A stretch of DNA of 28,362 bases from Octopus sinensis (GCF_006345805.1 NW_021833565.1:1-28362); one strand, 5' to 3'; positions 12,519 through 23,243 are shown, numbered from the stretch's first letter. Made by a program: numbers and translations. Notes: a model not told the origin generated them from the sequence alone.

Positions 12519-12926
12519 AATAATAATAATATTGTTATATTTCCGGATGGTCTTTTTTTTGCCAAATAGACACACGCTCTATATATTCGTTCTTCACTCG
12601 TTTATTACTGTTCATATTTTAACTCATATTTATTGTACGGAAATTCATTATCAGAATGGATCAGGCCGAGCAGGAATTTACACGAGGACGGAAAGTGTCG
12701 CTGAAGAGGTCACAGATGTGTAACGAAAGATTTACAGACAATGGACATGAGTCAGAATAAGAACTGCGTGTGTGTTTGTGTGTGTATATATATATATAAA
12801 GCAAGGCATTGACCGAAATATCACTCAAATCACGAAGAACGCTAGAATTTTTGTTTATTTATCTTAAAGAGTTAATATTTTCATTAAATCAGTCCGTTGT
12901 CTTTCTCGGTTTCTGCGTTTTTATAG

Positions 12927-13134
12927 AGGTAAAAACAAAGAAGAATCTGTTATCTTCCTGGGGGACGTTTGTATTCGACATTTTTGGCTAAAAGCCGGTT
13001 GCGGGAAGAAATGTGTCCAGAATGCCTTTAATTCTATGTGTAAATACGACAGCAAAAAACAAAAGGCAAAAAACGAATGTGTAAACAAATTCTTCGCCTC
13101 ATTCTATGAGAATTTTGCGCAATGCGATTCATAA
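12927..13134 (+). CDS. Candidate terminal coding exon of an unknown Cys-containing protein (low confidence)
   Basis: Pyrimidine-rich acceptor (CTTTCTCGGTTTCTGCGTTTTTATAG, ending 12926), then GKNKEESVIFLGDVCIRHFWLKAGCGKKCVQNAFNSMCKYDSKKQKAKNECVNKFFASFYENFAQCDS* (68 aa, 6 Cys). The frame is open from 12868. No homolog recognised. Confidence 0.3.
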
Positions 13135-13235
13135 ATATTAATACAATTTTTGAAACTAAGACAGAATGTAATTTAGAAACCGAAGTTCAGACAAACATCG
13201 TCTTGCAAGAGCAATTAGCAATAACAATGAATATA

Positions 13236-13654
13236 TTTTGTTAATTGGGCAAAAAAGGCCTGAAATTTACGTGAAAATAGTTAAGTCGAATCTAGTATGC
13301 TTGACTGATACTTTATTGATCGACTTTGAAGGTATGAAAGGCAAGACTGACACTTCGGCAGGATTTGAACTCAGAACATAGAGAGCCGTAACGCAAACCG
13401 TCGGAAGCCCTATTTTCCGCCATTCCGAAAATACTATCAATTCACTAAACTTTTTTACAATGTTAGTAATTTTAGGGGTCGGGGTTAGTTGTAGGTATCG
13501 ACCCCAAGTGCTTAACTGGTATTCATTTTATCGACCCCGAAAGGCTGAAAGCTAAAGTCGTCCTTGGTGAAATTAGAGCTCAGATCGTAAAGAGTTGTAA
13601 GAAATGCCGCAAAGGATATTGCTTTAGGCGCTCTTAATTCATCCAGATCGCCAC
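13236..13654 (-). mobile_element. Two degenerate SINE family B copies (~13236-13400 and ~13470-13654)
   Basis: Contain TTTGAACTCAGAAC and TATCGACCCCGAAAGG, reverse complements of family B motifs. Confidence 0.65.
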
Positions 13655-13684
13655 ATTCGGTTCACCAATTATATTAACCGTTAA

Positions 13685-14086
13685 GGCGGCGAGCTGGCAG
13701 AAACGTTAGCACATCGGGCGAAATGCGTAGCCGTATTTCGTCTGCCGTTACGATCTGAGTTCAAATTCCGCCGAGGTCGACTTTGCCTTTCATCCTTTCG
13801 GGGTCGATTAAATAAGTACCAGTTACGCACTGGGGTCGATATAATCGACTTAATCTGTTTGTCTGCCCTTGTTCATCCTCTCTGTGTTCAGCCCCTTGTG
13901 GGTAGTAAAGAAATAGGTATTTCGCTTGTCTTTATGTTCTGAGTTCAAATTCCGCCGAGGTCGACTTTTCCCTTCAACCTTTCGGGGTTGGTAAATTAAG
14001 TACCAGTTGCGTACTGGGGAAGATCTCATCGACTGGCTCCTTCCCCCATAATTTCGAGCCTTGTGCCTAAGTTAGAAAAGAATTAT
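13685..14086 (+). mobile_element. tRNA-derived SINE family B, dimeric
   Basis: Head GGCGGCGAGCTGGCAGAAACG. The block GAGTTCAAATTCCGCCGAGGTCGACTTT...AAGTACCAGTT occurs twice (from ~13757 and ~13941). Confidence 0.85.
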
Positions 14087-14722
14087 ATTAATCTTTCCTC
14101 TATTATGTACAAGGGCCCAATGACATACAATAAAATACGTAAAACGTTTAACAAGGACCTTACAAGAACGTGAAGCAGTAAGATGCATAATTCCTGGTCC
14201 AACAAATAAGAGAGAATAGGGGGTGAAAGACGTTATACAACTTATAAGGGATAGAATTAATAAATTGCTGTTGTATTTCGTATGTCTTACATATTCTTTA
14301 GTGTTGCGAGGGACTACGTATTTCATTCCCTTCAAGTAGGTGTCTGATTCCTCCTCACGAAAGGTAGACTATCCTTTATTGTAGATGGTTTGTCTTCTTT
14401 TCACGGGAAGTATACCACGCCTTGTCTTTTCTTTGGATGATTGTCTGATCTCCATGTTCCTAACTAAATGGAGCAGTACTCCTATGAAAGGGTGCTTCCT
14501 GGTCCTTTAGTTCTTGTTGATGGTGTGTAACTCTCATTGTCTCTGCCTCTTGTGGTTAGAAAAGAAGTTATGGGAATCTCTTAGATAAGTTCACGGTAAT
14601 AAGAACTGGACTGCTTGTCTTCAGCGACTCCAAAGTTGTTCTCGGTGCTGCTCTAGAATCATAAACTTCCATAATTTGTTTCTAATGTTGCTTTTGTTCT
14701 ATGGGGCTTTGCTGCCAAATGT

Positions 14723-15135
14723 GAGTGGCTGTGTGGTAAGTAGCTTACTAACCAACTACATGGTTCCGGGTTCAGTCCCACTGCGTGGCATCTTGGGCAA
14801 GTGTCTTCTGCTATAGCCCCGGGCCGACCAATGCCTTGTGAGTGGATTTGGTAGACGGAAACTGAAAGAAGCTTGTCGTATATATATATATATATGTATA
14901 TGTATGTATGTGTATGTGTTTGTGTGTCTGTGCTTGTACCCCTAGCATTGCTTGACAACCGATGCTGGTGTGTTTACGTCCCCGTCACTTAGCGGTTCGG
15001 CAACAGAGACCGATAGAATAAGTACTGGGCTTACAAAGAATAAGTCCCGGGGTCGATTTGCTCGACTAAAGGCGGTGCTCCAGCATGGCCGCAGTCAAAT
15101 GACTGAAACATGTAAAAGAGAGAGTAAAAGAGAGT
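14723..15135 (+). mobile_element. tRNA-derived SINE family A (CORE-like central motif), near full length
   Basis: A-box-like TGGCTGTGTGG, B-box-like GGGTTCAGTCCC (14768-14779), CATCTTGGGCAAGTGTCTT (similar to the CORE/MIR motif), internal TA/TG tract and GTAAAAGA tail. Homologous pieces recur throughout the window. Confidence 0.88.
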
Positions 15136-16125
15136 AACTAAGCTTTAAGTTCTGGATGATATTTTTTAACGTCTTCGCAGTATTGTCTTGTAATCATGTG
15201 AGCTTATCATAAACCCACTCGACCACATGTTACCGAAAGGGACTTCGACACAGATAAAATATTCATAACCTCGTCCTCTATTTCCAAGATTTGTTATAGC
15301 ACACAACCATCCTCTATCTCTAAAGGAGATTCCATTAAATGCCCCAACTGGAGACCTCTCGAACTAATTTCTTTGGATGAAAAAAATCAATGTTATACGT
15401 CGTAGCCTTGGCAAAGTAGAGGTTATTTTTCCCTCCTCTTCTCGTGCCCGTCTGTTTTGCATTGTGTTAAACTGGCGCTGTCTTGTGCAAGACAAGGTTC
15501 CTACCTTTGCTTCTTTCGGCAAAATGTTCCGTATTAATGCATTTCTCATTAGAAAGAATATTTGCGAACCTATGTTTTGATAGTGTTTGCCACACATTCG
15601 TTTGACACCGTGCGCATATCACTTACCAGTCGTTGTTGCTCTAGTTGTTGTTGTTGTTGTTGTTATTGGCGGCGGTGGTGGTGTTGGTGGTGATGGTTCT
15701 GGTGCCTGACGTGTTATCAGACATACTGTCAGGTATGCTCTCTTTACTTGTAAAAATATTTATATGTTTTCTTTCATTTTGTTAGTGTTCATTAATATAT
15801 TTTTCGCTTTTACGTTACAGGTGTTTTTGTCTTGTTCAAAGTAAATTGTTATTGGGGTGGGTCTCGAAAACCGAGAAGCCATTTTTGCGTTACGGCTAGA
15901 CAGTAAAACAAACTAGATATATTAAAAAAAAAAACAAGAAAAGAAAAGAAAAACTACCTCAATATCTAATCCAAGTACGAGGTAGACTTTCCAAATTTTC
16001 TCAATAACAGTCCTTGTTTGAAATAATGCCCAAATTGAAAGTTCCTTTAGTTACAACAGAAATACATTGAGAATTATCGAAGCAAAACTTTAGTACATCT
16101 GAAAGAGTCGGTAATGGATAATGAT

Positions 16126-16195
<70 letters not shown>

Positions 16196-16503
16196 TATAT
16201 GTGTGTGTTTGAATATATGTGCTTATATCTATATAATAGTAATAATAACAACAGCAACAATAACAACAATAATAATGATGATCATGATGAGCATGATGAG
16301 GGTGGGGCAATACAGAGACAGACATCAAGTGTGTGTGTTTACAAATAATGAAATGAGAGAAAAAAATATACGTACATATATATATACAAATGAATAGAGA
16401 GTATACACAATACGCAGTAAGACAGTGAAGAGAAGCATTCATAGTATACACCAGTAAAAACAAAATAAAACAAATAAATAAATAATAATAATAATAATGA
16501 TAA

Positions 16504-16573
<70 letters not shown>

Positions 16574-16583
16574 TAATAATATT

Positions 16584-17217
16584 AATGCCCTGATGCAGTA
16601 CCAGACAGTGGCTAATGCCCTGATGCTGTACCAGACAGTGGCTCTCATGGCTTCTGATCCAAATGTCCTGGTGCAGTACCAGGTAGTGGCTCTCGTGGCT
16701 TCTGATCATAACTGATTGGAAGTGTTATCATGTACATTGTTTTGTCTTGGTATAAAAGATGGGCTACAGCAAATATTCAGCTCAATACCGCAGAGTTGCT
16801 TGTCAGTTGTTTGACCTTAACCAGTTGAGTATGTCCCTTAGTGGCTGACGATATGTGCATCTCTGATCATGAGCAGAAGTAGTGGGGGAGCATCATATCC
16901 ATGTGTTGAGAGGGATTCTTTGAGGTTTGAATAATTCACCTTTCGAAACATGGGTGTTTCGTTCAACATCCTTAAACAACCCTTATTCAGGGACCTTTTC
17001 AGTGGGATGGGTTACTCGACCAGAAGAAAATTCTAACTCGGCCCACCAGCAAGATCATGTGCTGTTTATCTTCATATGAGATCACTATGTCACGCACATA
17101 TGGTTATGATGCATGTGCCTAGTGTACTCTTATCAGACGGGTAGTTATGATGGGCATGCTGGGCTTCGTATATTTTACCCCAGTGTCACTTTGATGGCAT
17201 GCACTGCTCTCTCACTC
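16584..17217 (+). mobile_element. Same ~554-bp TAA-flanked element, copy 2, preceded by two short copies of its 5' end
   Basis: Main copy at ~16664-17217. 5'-end fragments at 16584-16613 and 16614-16660. (AAT)n flanks on both sides. Confidence 0.8.
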
Positions 17218-17272
<55 letters not shown>

Positions 17273-17399
17273 CTAAAGCGTACGGAAGAAAAATGGAAAA
17301 AGGCAAGTATCTGGCACCTTCAAATAACCGGGTAGGCTGTACTTGTTAGCCTTGGATGGCATGCAGCCTAGGAGAACGACCACTCTGAGTTCAAAACCA

Positions 17400-17478
17400 G
17401 CGGTACCACGCAGTGGGACTGAACCCGGAACAATGTGGTTCGTAAGCAAGTTACTTGCCACACAGTCACTCCTATGCC
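17400..17478 (-). mobile_element. SINE family A, tRNA-like head only
   Basis: Reverse complement reads GGCATAGGAGTGACTGTGTGGCAAG...CCGGGTTCAGTCCCACTGCGTGG. Confidence 0.8.
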
Positions 17479-17520
<42 letters not shown>

Positions 17521-17549
17521 AAATAAAAATAATAATAATAATAATAATG

Positions 17550-17598
<49 letters not shown>

Positions 17599-17615
17599 AG
17601 ATGATAATAATGATC

Positions 17616-17841
17616 CTTTCTACTATAGGCACAGGACCTGAAATCTGGGGTGGGGTGGGGTGGAGGGCTAGTCAGTTGCGTTAACCCCAGTGCTCAACGG
17701 GTAATTATTTTATCGACCCCCAAAATGATAAAAGGCGAAGTTGACCTCCTCGCCGGAATTTGTGTGACTCAGAACATAAAGAACCGGAAGAAATGCGGCT
17801 AAGCGTTTCGTCTGTCCGACGCTCTGACGACTCTGCCAGCA
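17616..17841 (-). mobile_element. Degenerate SINE family B, near-complete monomer
   Basis: AGGCACAGGACCTGAAAT...TTTATCGACCCC...CTCAGAAC...CTCTGCCAGC. Confidence 0.7.
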
Positions 17842-17842
17842 C

Positions 17843-17867
17843 TTGAATAACAATAGTGATGCAGCAA

Positions 17868-17899
<32 letters not shown>

Positions 17900-17935
17900 G
17901 ATGATGACGGTGATGATGACGATGATGATGATGAC

Positions 17936-17970
<35 letters not shown>

Positions 17971-18363
17971 CGACGATGATGAGGATGATGATGATGATGA
18001 TGATGATGACGACGATGATGATGATGATTATGGTGAGGATGATGATGATGATGATGATGATAACAACAATAATGATTATAATAATAATAACTAGAACCAG
18101 AATAATAATAATAATGATAATGATAACAACAACAACAACGATGATGATGATGATGATGATGAGGAGGAGGAGGAGGAAGAGGATGATGATGATGAGGGGG
18201 AGGGGGATGATGAGGATAAAAACAACAACAAAACAATAACAATGATAATAATTATGATAACAACAACAACAGCCAGAAGAACAATAATAATAATAACGAC
18301 GACGACGACGACTACGACGACGACGACGACTACGACGACGACTACGACGACGACGACGACTAC

Positions 18364-18396
<33 letters not shown>

Positions 18397-18466
18397 GGTG
18401 GTGGTGATAATGATGATAATAATAATAATAAATAATAATAATAAATAATAATAATAATAATAATAA

Positions 18467-18497
<31 letters not shown>

Positions 18498-18523
18498 AAG
18501 AAGAAGAAGAAGAAGAAGAAGAA
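17843..18523. repeat. Chain of trinucleotide blocks GAT/GAC/AAT/GAG/AAC/GGT/AAG
   Basis: Directly visible. Source of the 320-aa artefactual ORF. Confidence 0.95.
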
Positions 18524-18779
18524 AAAGTAAGGTGTCCAAACTGCAACGAGTGGTGTAGAAGAAGTTACGTTGGTCGAAAACCTGGAATATTCATTGTCGA
18601 AACCTACATGTGTTGGATCCATTACTTCATATGTGTAATCGGTTATGTTTAATGGTAAACCATACAACGCACACTCAGTACTCGCAGACTAATTCTTCAG
18701 TTTCCGCCCAATGAATAGATCAACATGAACTAGGTGTCCGTATCTTCTTTCATTTGCACATTCCAATGCGCACATACAA

Positions 18780-18913
18780 ACACATATACATACATACACA
18801 AATATATATGTGTGTGTGTGTAAATATATATTTATATATATATATATATATATATGCATGTATGTGTGTATTTATACATATGTATATATATATTATATAT
18901 ATATATATTTATA

Positions 18914-18954
<41 letters not shown>

Positions 18955-18971
18955 ATATATATATATATATA

Positions 18972-19019
<48 letters not shown>

Positions 19020-19043
19020 ATATATAATATATATATTATATAT

Positions 19044-19076
<33 letters not shown>

Positions 19077-19123
19077 CATATGTATAAATACACACATACA
19101 TGCATATTACATAGAAATATGCA

Positions 19124-19166
<43 letters not shown>

Positions 19167-19654
19167 GTGTGTGTGTATATGCATATGTGTAATATATACC
19201 TAGGTACGTGCTCAAGAACTTAAATATTTTCTTGATTTTCTCGTCATTTATTGTATATGTATGTGTGTGGTGTGTGTCTGTGTGTGTGTGTGTATGAGTG
19301 TGCAGGTAAGTAAGTAGGTAAGTAATTATATATGTCGACTACACACACATACACATAATATAGGTTAGTACGTACGCATATATAGATATAAACATATATA
19401 TATATATATATGTATGTATATATATATATATATACACACATATATATATGTATATATGTATGTGTATATATATATATATATACATATATACATACATATA
19501 GATACATAGATAGATTGATAGATAGATAGATACACATACATAAATGCACATATACATGTATGTGTGTACGCATATATGCGCATATTTGTACGTAGTGATC
19601 TATACACATACCTATTCATATATATGCATGTGTATGCATATACACACACACGCG

Positions 19655-19694
<40 letters not shown>

Positions 19695-19700
19695 ATAAAC
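18780..19700. repeat. (TA)n-dominated compound microsatellite with CA/TG/GATA blocks
   Basis: Directly visible. Confidence 0.95.
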
Positions 19701-20128
19701 AGAAAGAAAAAGGGAGGCGGGTGAATGCTGATATAGAGGTTGTTGCTTTCTCTCACCCAGTTGCATTGCTTACTGCACTTAGGTTAAATATCTCATGAGA
19801 TTAGTCTCGTGTTATTGAGTTTTAAGATCTTTCAGTTCATTTTTTTATAATCTGCCAGAAACTGGAACAGTCTGGTTTAGTACGTAAAATAGTTCGCAGC
19901 AATCATAACCTCCCGAACTTGAACTCGCTATACGGCATTCCCTGACAGTGACTTGCGGGCGTTGCCTTGAATGCCGTGATAAAATAAACAAAGGGAGATT
20001 GTAGGAAACGGCCATAACGAGTTGAGTTTGTTATACGAAAATCGATCCCCCTTACTTCCCATATCAGACCTGTGAGAGAGACTACCGGTTCGGTTATATT
20101 AAGGACACTCCCTACGGCCAGCCAATCG

Positions 20129-20171
<43 letters not shown>

Positions 20172-20199
20172 GTATTTGAGTCACTGCTATTTTTAATAA

Positions 20200-20720
20200 T
20201 TATATATATAGGTTTTGAGAGGTAATGGTGTCAATAAGATCCAAAGGTGTCAGGTAATGCTGGGTAAGTGCTATGGACAGACCATAGTTAAGCTCCAGGT
20301 TCGGTGATTATGCGAATAAGGAGTCCAAGGTAGGTCATATATCAGCATGTGTATATATAAAAAATTTTTTTTTTCAGGATGAGATAAAAATCCAAGGCTG
20401 AGAAGATTGTAGAACATTTATAAATAGAAGGTCTTATAGCTGTTTCCGGGATATTTTTTATATCCCTTCATCCCGAAGGAGGCACTTCACATATTAAAGC
20501 ACAACTCTCCAGCACTGCTAAATAAACATAATGAGGCACTAAGCACATGCAACCACCGTTTTTTTCACATATGCAAATTCTACCACAAATCCAAATGCCT
20601 AAATGACCATACTGTATATTTCCGCAATACCCCTTAGGTAATCCCAATAACCTTATAAATCTATATTGTAACTCCTAATCCCTATCTAATTCTTCTTTCA
20701 TACTCGAATATCACAACCAT
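20200..20720. mobile_element. Second Penelope-like relic: hammerhead-like tail (-) abutting an endonuclease C-terminus (+)
   Basis: 20503-20637 (+) translates NSPALLNKHNEALSTCNHRFFHICKF..., resembling LLNRFSDVMYSCKHR of the 5.1-kb copy. 20431-20476 (-) reads GGGATGA-a-GGGATAT-AAAAA-ATATCCC-g-GAAACAGCTATA. Outer boundaries are approximate. Confidence 0.55.
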
Positions 20721-20789
20721 CTAATTATATTCGTGTGTGTATGCGTGCATACATATGTGCGTGTGTATGTGTGTGTGTGTGCCTATGTG

Positions 20790-21258
20790 TGTATGTGTGA
20801 ATGTGCTACTGGTAACATGTAACCCAGTACAACCTGTTGCATGGTCGGGTCGTCGGCGACTAAACCGGCAACCCCACCAAGCTTGCTTGGTGAGGAGGGT
20901 GTTTATTGGACACCCTGCGGGATGAAAAACAAAACTCGTCAAAGGGCGGAGGAACTTTTGAGAGTCAACGGCCATCCAATAAATGTCTTAAGGCTATATC
21001 ATGCGCGGGGACATAGAAATAATCGGACTGAATACCCGATCGCGCGGTTACACCATTGGGAGTGGAGTACTCCCAGCCTTTGTTAGGTCATCCTTCTAGG
21101 AGAAGGTAACTCAGGTAACTGGGATAACTCCGACATAAAACATGCGGCTCAGTGGTTACCGATGATGTTGACTTGTTCTTCTTTTCGGATTATGGTTGCT
21201 GTTGCTTAGTGAGTGGGATTGACTCAGTGCACAGCCTTTCCTCACTTAAAAAAAAAAT
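20790..21258 (+). mobile_element. RTE-type LINE 5'-UTR-like or non-autonomous fragment ending in an A-tract
   Basis: CTAGGAGAAGGTAACTC (21096-21112) resembles a motif I recall from RTE 5' UTRs. Several short hairpins, higher GC than flanks, terminal A-run. No RT coding sequence seen. Confidence 0.45.
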
Positions 21259-21349
21259 TTCTTGTACAGGCATTGCACGATAACAACATTGATTAAGCTC
21301 TGTGCAATAGCCATACTCGATAACGAGGGGGCAGCCACTATGTATGTAT

Positions 21350-21597
21350 GCAAGGTATATATATACATAGAGGGTTACACCATGGTTCCTCTGCTTTGTG
21401 GCAGAAGTAGGAATAAAGAGTGAGCGAAAGTTGTGGTGAAAGAGTACAGCAGGGTTCACCACCGCCCAACTCCGGAGCCTCGTGGAGTTTAGGTGTTTTT
21501 TGTTCAATAATCACTCACATTGCGCGGTCTGGGAATCGAAACCGCGTTCTTACGACCGCGAGTCCGCTGCCCTAACCACTGGACCATTGCGCCTCCA
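21350..21597 (-). mobile_element. SINE family C, second copy with a diverged or truncated 3' part
   Basis: Closely matches 3215-3397 over the head and body, then diverges. Confidence 0.8.
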
Positions 21598-21791
21598 CTC
21601 TTATTGTTGTCGTCGTCGACGTCATCGTCGTCGTCATCGTCGTCACTTTTGTTTTTGTTGTTGCTGCTGCGTCTATGGAACATAAACGGTCGCCGAGAAT
21701 TTAGTTGGCAAGGAGGAAAGCGAGACAGGAAAAGTAATTTACACGAGAAGTTCTTAATGCTGTTGTTGCTGCTGCTGCTGTTGGTACCTCC

Positions 21792-21823
<32 letters not shown>

Positions 21824-22046
21824 AGCTGTTGTTGCCACGGCTGTTATTTCGTGATAATCTTTATTGGTCTCAAAGGACTTACATAAGCCAAAAACACTTC
21901 AGAAAAAAATTACTGTTGCTAACAAATATGTCGGATTTTACATATAAAGTAAACGTGAGAAAGGTACAGACGGAATGTAACATGAACACACACACACACA
22001 CACACACATATTCATACACACATACATACACATACAAATTATGTAC

Positions 22047-22832
22047 GTGGTTCAAGATCTAGCTTCGCAGCCACGATTTTCTTAGCTCAGGTTCAGTCCC
22101 AGGGTCTTTTCGGTTTGAACGGCAGTTTTTTTTAATAATTTCCACGTAACTAAACACTTTTAAACTTCGTATACTGGTAGAATGTGTTTATAAAACGTAT
22201 TTTTCTCTTGGCTTTATTGAGAAAATTAATTAGTTTGTAAGATATTTGTTTTTTCCTTCAAGTTCTGCAATTTCAACCAATTAATGACGTCTATTGAGGT
22301 GAAAACATTCTGGGCCGTATGAATATGTCCCTCGTTAAAGAAACAGATTGTGTTTATTTACATTTCTGAAGAAAAAAAGATACCCTTCCCCCCATCCCTA
22401 ACCCTAACCCTAACTAACCCTAACCCTAAAACAGATTGAAATGCAATAGATCGATACTAGGGTTATAATTATGGATGACAATTTCGTATGACACCACTAG
22501 AAAACACTGCCGTTCAAACCGAAAATATCCCAGTCCCACTGCGCGGTACCTTGAGAGAATGTTTTCTACTCCAGCTCCGCGCCGACCAAATCCTTGTGAA
22601 TGAAACTGTAAAGGGAAATTGTATAGAAGACTATCGTCTTATATATGTATATGTCCGTTTGTGCGTGTCTGTGTTCGATTTACGGTTGTACTTCACCGAT
22701 TGACAACCGGTGTTAGTTTGTTTAACTCCCCGTAATTTAGTGCATCGATAGTACAAGTATTAGACTCAGAATAAGTACCTACTCATTTGACTGAACGCTA
22801 CAATGCGGTGCTCCAGTTTGGCCACAGTCTGA
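22047..22832 (+). mobile_element. Old SINE family A copy interrupted by the Merlin-like MITE
   Basis: Removing 22102-22538 restores GGTTCAGTCCCACTGCG. The rest aligns, degenerately, to 14770-15100. Confidence 0.75.
22102..22530. mobile_element. Non-autonomous DNA transposon (MITE), Merlin-like, 429 bp
   Basis: 25-bp TIRs at 22102-22126 and 22506-22530 (2 mismatches, GG termini). Perfect 8-bp TSD CAGTCCCA at 22094-22101 and 22531-22538. It splits the B-box of a SINE. GG termini with 8-9-bp TSDs are the Merlin/IS1016 signature; hAT is not excluded. Confidence 0.85.
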
Positions 22833-23000
22833 TCATGTGTGTAAGTGTGCATACAATTTAAGCAACAATGCAGAAGGCCCAAATCCTCGCACGAACGAGT
22901 GGGAACCGCTGTCTATAGAGCAGTGGAACAATCTTCATTACAGACTGGTCCGTTCCCCGGATCTGTCTTAGATACAATCAAGGCTGTATTCGGATACATT

Positions 23001-23175
23001 AAGGTGGCAAGGTGGCAGCATCGTTAGCATGCCGGACGAAATGTTTAGTGGTATTTCGTCCGGCAAACTGGCAGAATTGTTAGCATGCCAGGCAAAATGC
23101 TTGTGGGCATTTCGTCCGTCTTTACATTCTGAGTTCAAATCCACTGTGGTTGACCTTGCGTTTCATCCTTTCGGA
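23001..23175 (+). mobile_element. SINE family B 5' part with duplicated head, truncated at the (ATAC)n array
   Basis: TGGCAG..TCGTTAGCATGCC...ATTTCGTCC appears twice, followed by TTCTGAGTTCAAATCC and TTTCATCCTTTCGG. Confidence 0.7.
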
Positions 23176-23176
23176 A

Positions 23177-23207
23177 ACATACATACATACATACATACAT
23201 ACATACA

Positions 23208-23243
<36 letters not shown>

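Noticed and set aside
17705-18667. 320-aa ORF and overlapping poly-D, poly-M and poly-H ORFs
   Set aside because: They are translations of stop-free trinucleotide blocks, open on both strands. The Met-rich frame is not reflectin-like: it has no M/FD(X)5MD-type motif context and no Tyr/Arg content.
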